Source: the human T2T-CHM13v2.0 reference genome, Homo sapiens. From it: a DNA stretch of 64,000 nucleotides. Position 1 is the first letter of the stretch, and every line of letters starts with the position of its first letter. The stretch is from the NCBI RefSeq assembly GCF_009914755.1, contig NC_060929.1; one strand, 5' to 3'. A model generated the notes under the pieces. It was not told the DNA's origin and made no database searches. It saw only the letters and a program-made list of their open reading frames with translations. Positions 62,216 through 64,000 of this stretch are shown here, one piece after another. The position numbers and the translations under genes are program-made.

Positions 62216-62882
62216 CCAGAAACACTTTTTAGAAGCTCTGATCTACTTAGATGTTGAAGTTGCTGAGAATAAGGTTTGGATGATTGGAGGAGAGCTGGGG
62301 TGGAAGACAGGAGAAAAGGTGTTAAGATTTTAGCACACAACCCTCGTTGTGGCTGGGAAAAAAAGTGATAAAGCAAGGAATTAGAATGAAAAATATGATT
62401 TTGTATGTACCTTTGTTACCTACTTCTCTTTCTTGTGATCCACGCATTGCCTTTTCCATAGGACACAGATCCGTAGATCCAGTGCAAATACCGAAGATCA
62501 CAAACTCTGCTCTAAGTAGAGTCACACTTTCTGACACTAGGGTAAGAGGATTGTTTGTTTCTTCACTTTATGTTTCTTATTTAGCTAATGAATTGTACTT
62601 TCTTAACCTAACTTGGGAGCTCTCCCGGGCTCATCACAGGCCCCCGCAAAGCCCCTCCAGCTTCAGCTCCCATAACGTGGACAGTATCCCTACCCCCTTT
62701 CACAACTGCTCCCACCTGGCTTCGTATTCTGTCTCCCACTCCATACAGACTCTCCCTGCTGGGCGGGGGCGGTCTGTGCAGGCTCACAGGTGGTCCTGTT
62801 GGTCAAAACTATGAGGGTATTTAGGTGAAAACAGTTGAAGACCATTCTCTTGTAAGGAAATGCTGCTCTGGAGGATTAATCA

Positions 62883-63287
62883 TGTTACCGATGGAGGGTG
62901 TCCAGGTTCTTGGTGTCTTGAACAAAGAATTGAACAAAACACACAAATAAAGCAAGGCAAGAATAAAGCAACAAAAGCAGAGATTTATTGAAAATAAAAG
63001 TACCCTCCACAGTATGGGAGCAGGCCTGAGCAAAGGGGCTCAAGAGCTCTGTTACAGAATTTTCTGGAGTTTAAATGTCTTCTAGAGGTTTCGTTGGTTA
63101 TTTGGTGTATGCCCTATGTAAATGAAGAGGATGAAGCAGTTACAAAGCATTTACTTGGTGTACACCCTATGTAAATGGAAAGGTTACTTCCTGTCATACC
63201 TGAAGTGTTTCCATTTGATTTAGTTCTAGGAAGTCAGCATTAATTGGCCTTATGTTCCCTGCCTCCAGACCCTATTCTCCTGCCTCA
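62883..63287 (-). mobile_element. ERV1-class solo LTR (MER51/MER61-like)
   Basis: TG...CA termini, minus-strand start tgaggcaggagaatagggtctggaggcaggg, AATAAA on minus strand; 4-bp TSD atca at 62879-62882 and 63288-63291. Confidence 0.88.
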
Positions 63288-63689
63288 ATCATACTTTTAT
63301 ACAATGAAAATATCTAAAATTTAATTATATAATTTAGGACATTGGTTTTCATTAATTTATACAATTTTAAACCTATTGCTCACAAGTATATTCATAAAAT
63401 GTTAGCTTAGCTTAGAACCCTCCGGGTTTTAAGAGTCTATACATGTCTATATTTCAAAGTCCATAAGCCAAGTTTGAAAAGGATTTTTTGTTGACAAAAC
63501 AAGATCAATGCCAACCGGCTTTGTGGAAAAGGGCTGGTGTTGATGCAGAGCTAACCAATATTAGAAAAACAAGAGCAACAAAAGTATATGCAATAATTGA
63601 GACAGATGCAGATGGTATAATGCTCTACTGGAAGAGACATTAGATGCCAATCAAGTATTCATTCCAACAACATGTTTGGGTCCCAGTCC

Positions 63690-63920
63690 TTATTGGGATG
63701 TAATAGAAAGAGTACCGTTAGTCGTAGTTCTAATTCTGATTAATCTCTTAATGAGCTATATGACATTGGTCAAGCAGGTCAACTTCTCTCATTCTCAATT
63801 TGCTTCCCTGCAAATTGGGGAAAATTATATGTACTTCATTAAATTCATATGGGAACTAATATACGTATTTCTGTAAAAATCCTAGAAGAGCATCCAATCA
63901 TCCTTCAATAAATATTCCTA
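63690..63920 (+). mobile_element. MIR fragment
   Basis: gagctatatgacattggtcaagcaggtcaacttctctcattctcaatttgc...caataaatatt. Confidence 0.65.
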
Positions 63921-64000
63921 CATCACCCATCCATACATGTATTTCCAAGTTATCTTAATAATAAGTAAACTTTGGTAAGTTTTAGATGAATAAAACAAAT

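Noticed and set aside
62347-62814. 155-aa ORF between the HERV-L fragment and the LTR
   Set aside because: Non-ATG start and no recognisable gag or host-protein similarity.

Overview
Primate (most likely human or great ape) AT-rich, repeat-rich genomic DNA. I recognise no host protein-coding exon, tRNA, rRNA or snRNA. Contents: a full-length L1PA4-like LINE-1 (52800-58944) with intact ORF1, disrupted ORF2, the retained ZNF93-target segment and a re-started ORF0; two 5'-inverted (twin-primed) L1s; several truncated L1s; 11 Alus; THE1/MLT1/ERV1 solo LTRs; an LTR-less HERV-L pol/dUTPase fragment; MER44/MER47 DNA transposons; MIR/L2 relics; and microsatellites. The most notable observations are: (1) non-consensus variants, including the same stop codon, shared between independently inserted neighbouring L1s, suggesting ectopic gene conversion; (2) a well-bounded minus-strand candidate exon (48718-48881) in frame with an L1 antisense-promoter/ORF0 splice donor; (3) a perfect ERE plus forkhead sites at 47.9-48.9 kb; (4) several fold-back or templated-insertion scars. 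I found no support for a wholly new biological system. Repeat subfamily names come from recalled consensus sequences, not a search, and old-repeat boundaries are approximate.
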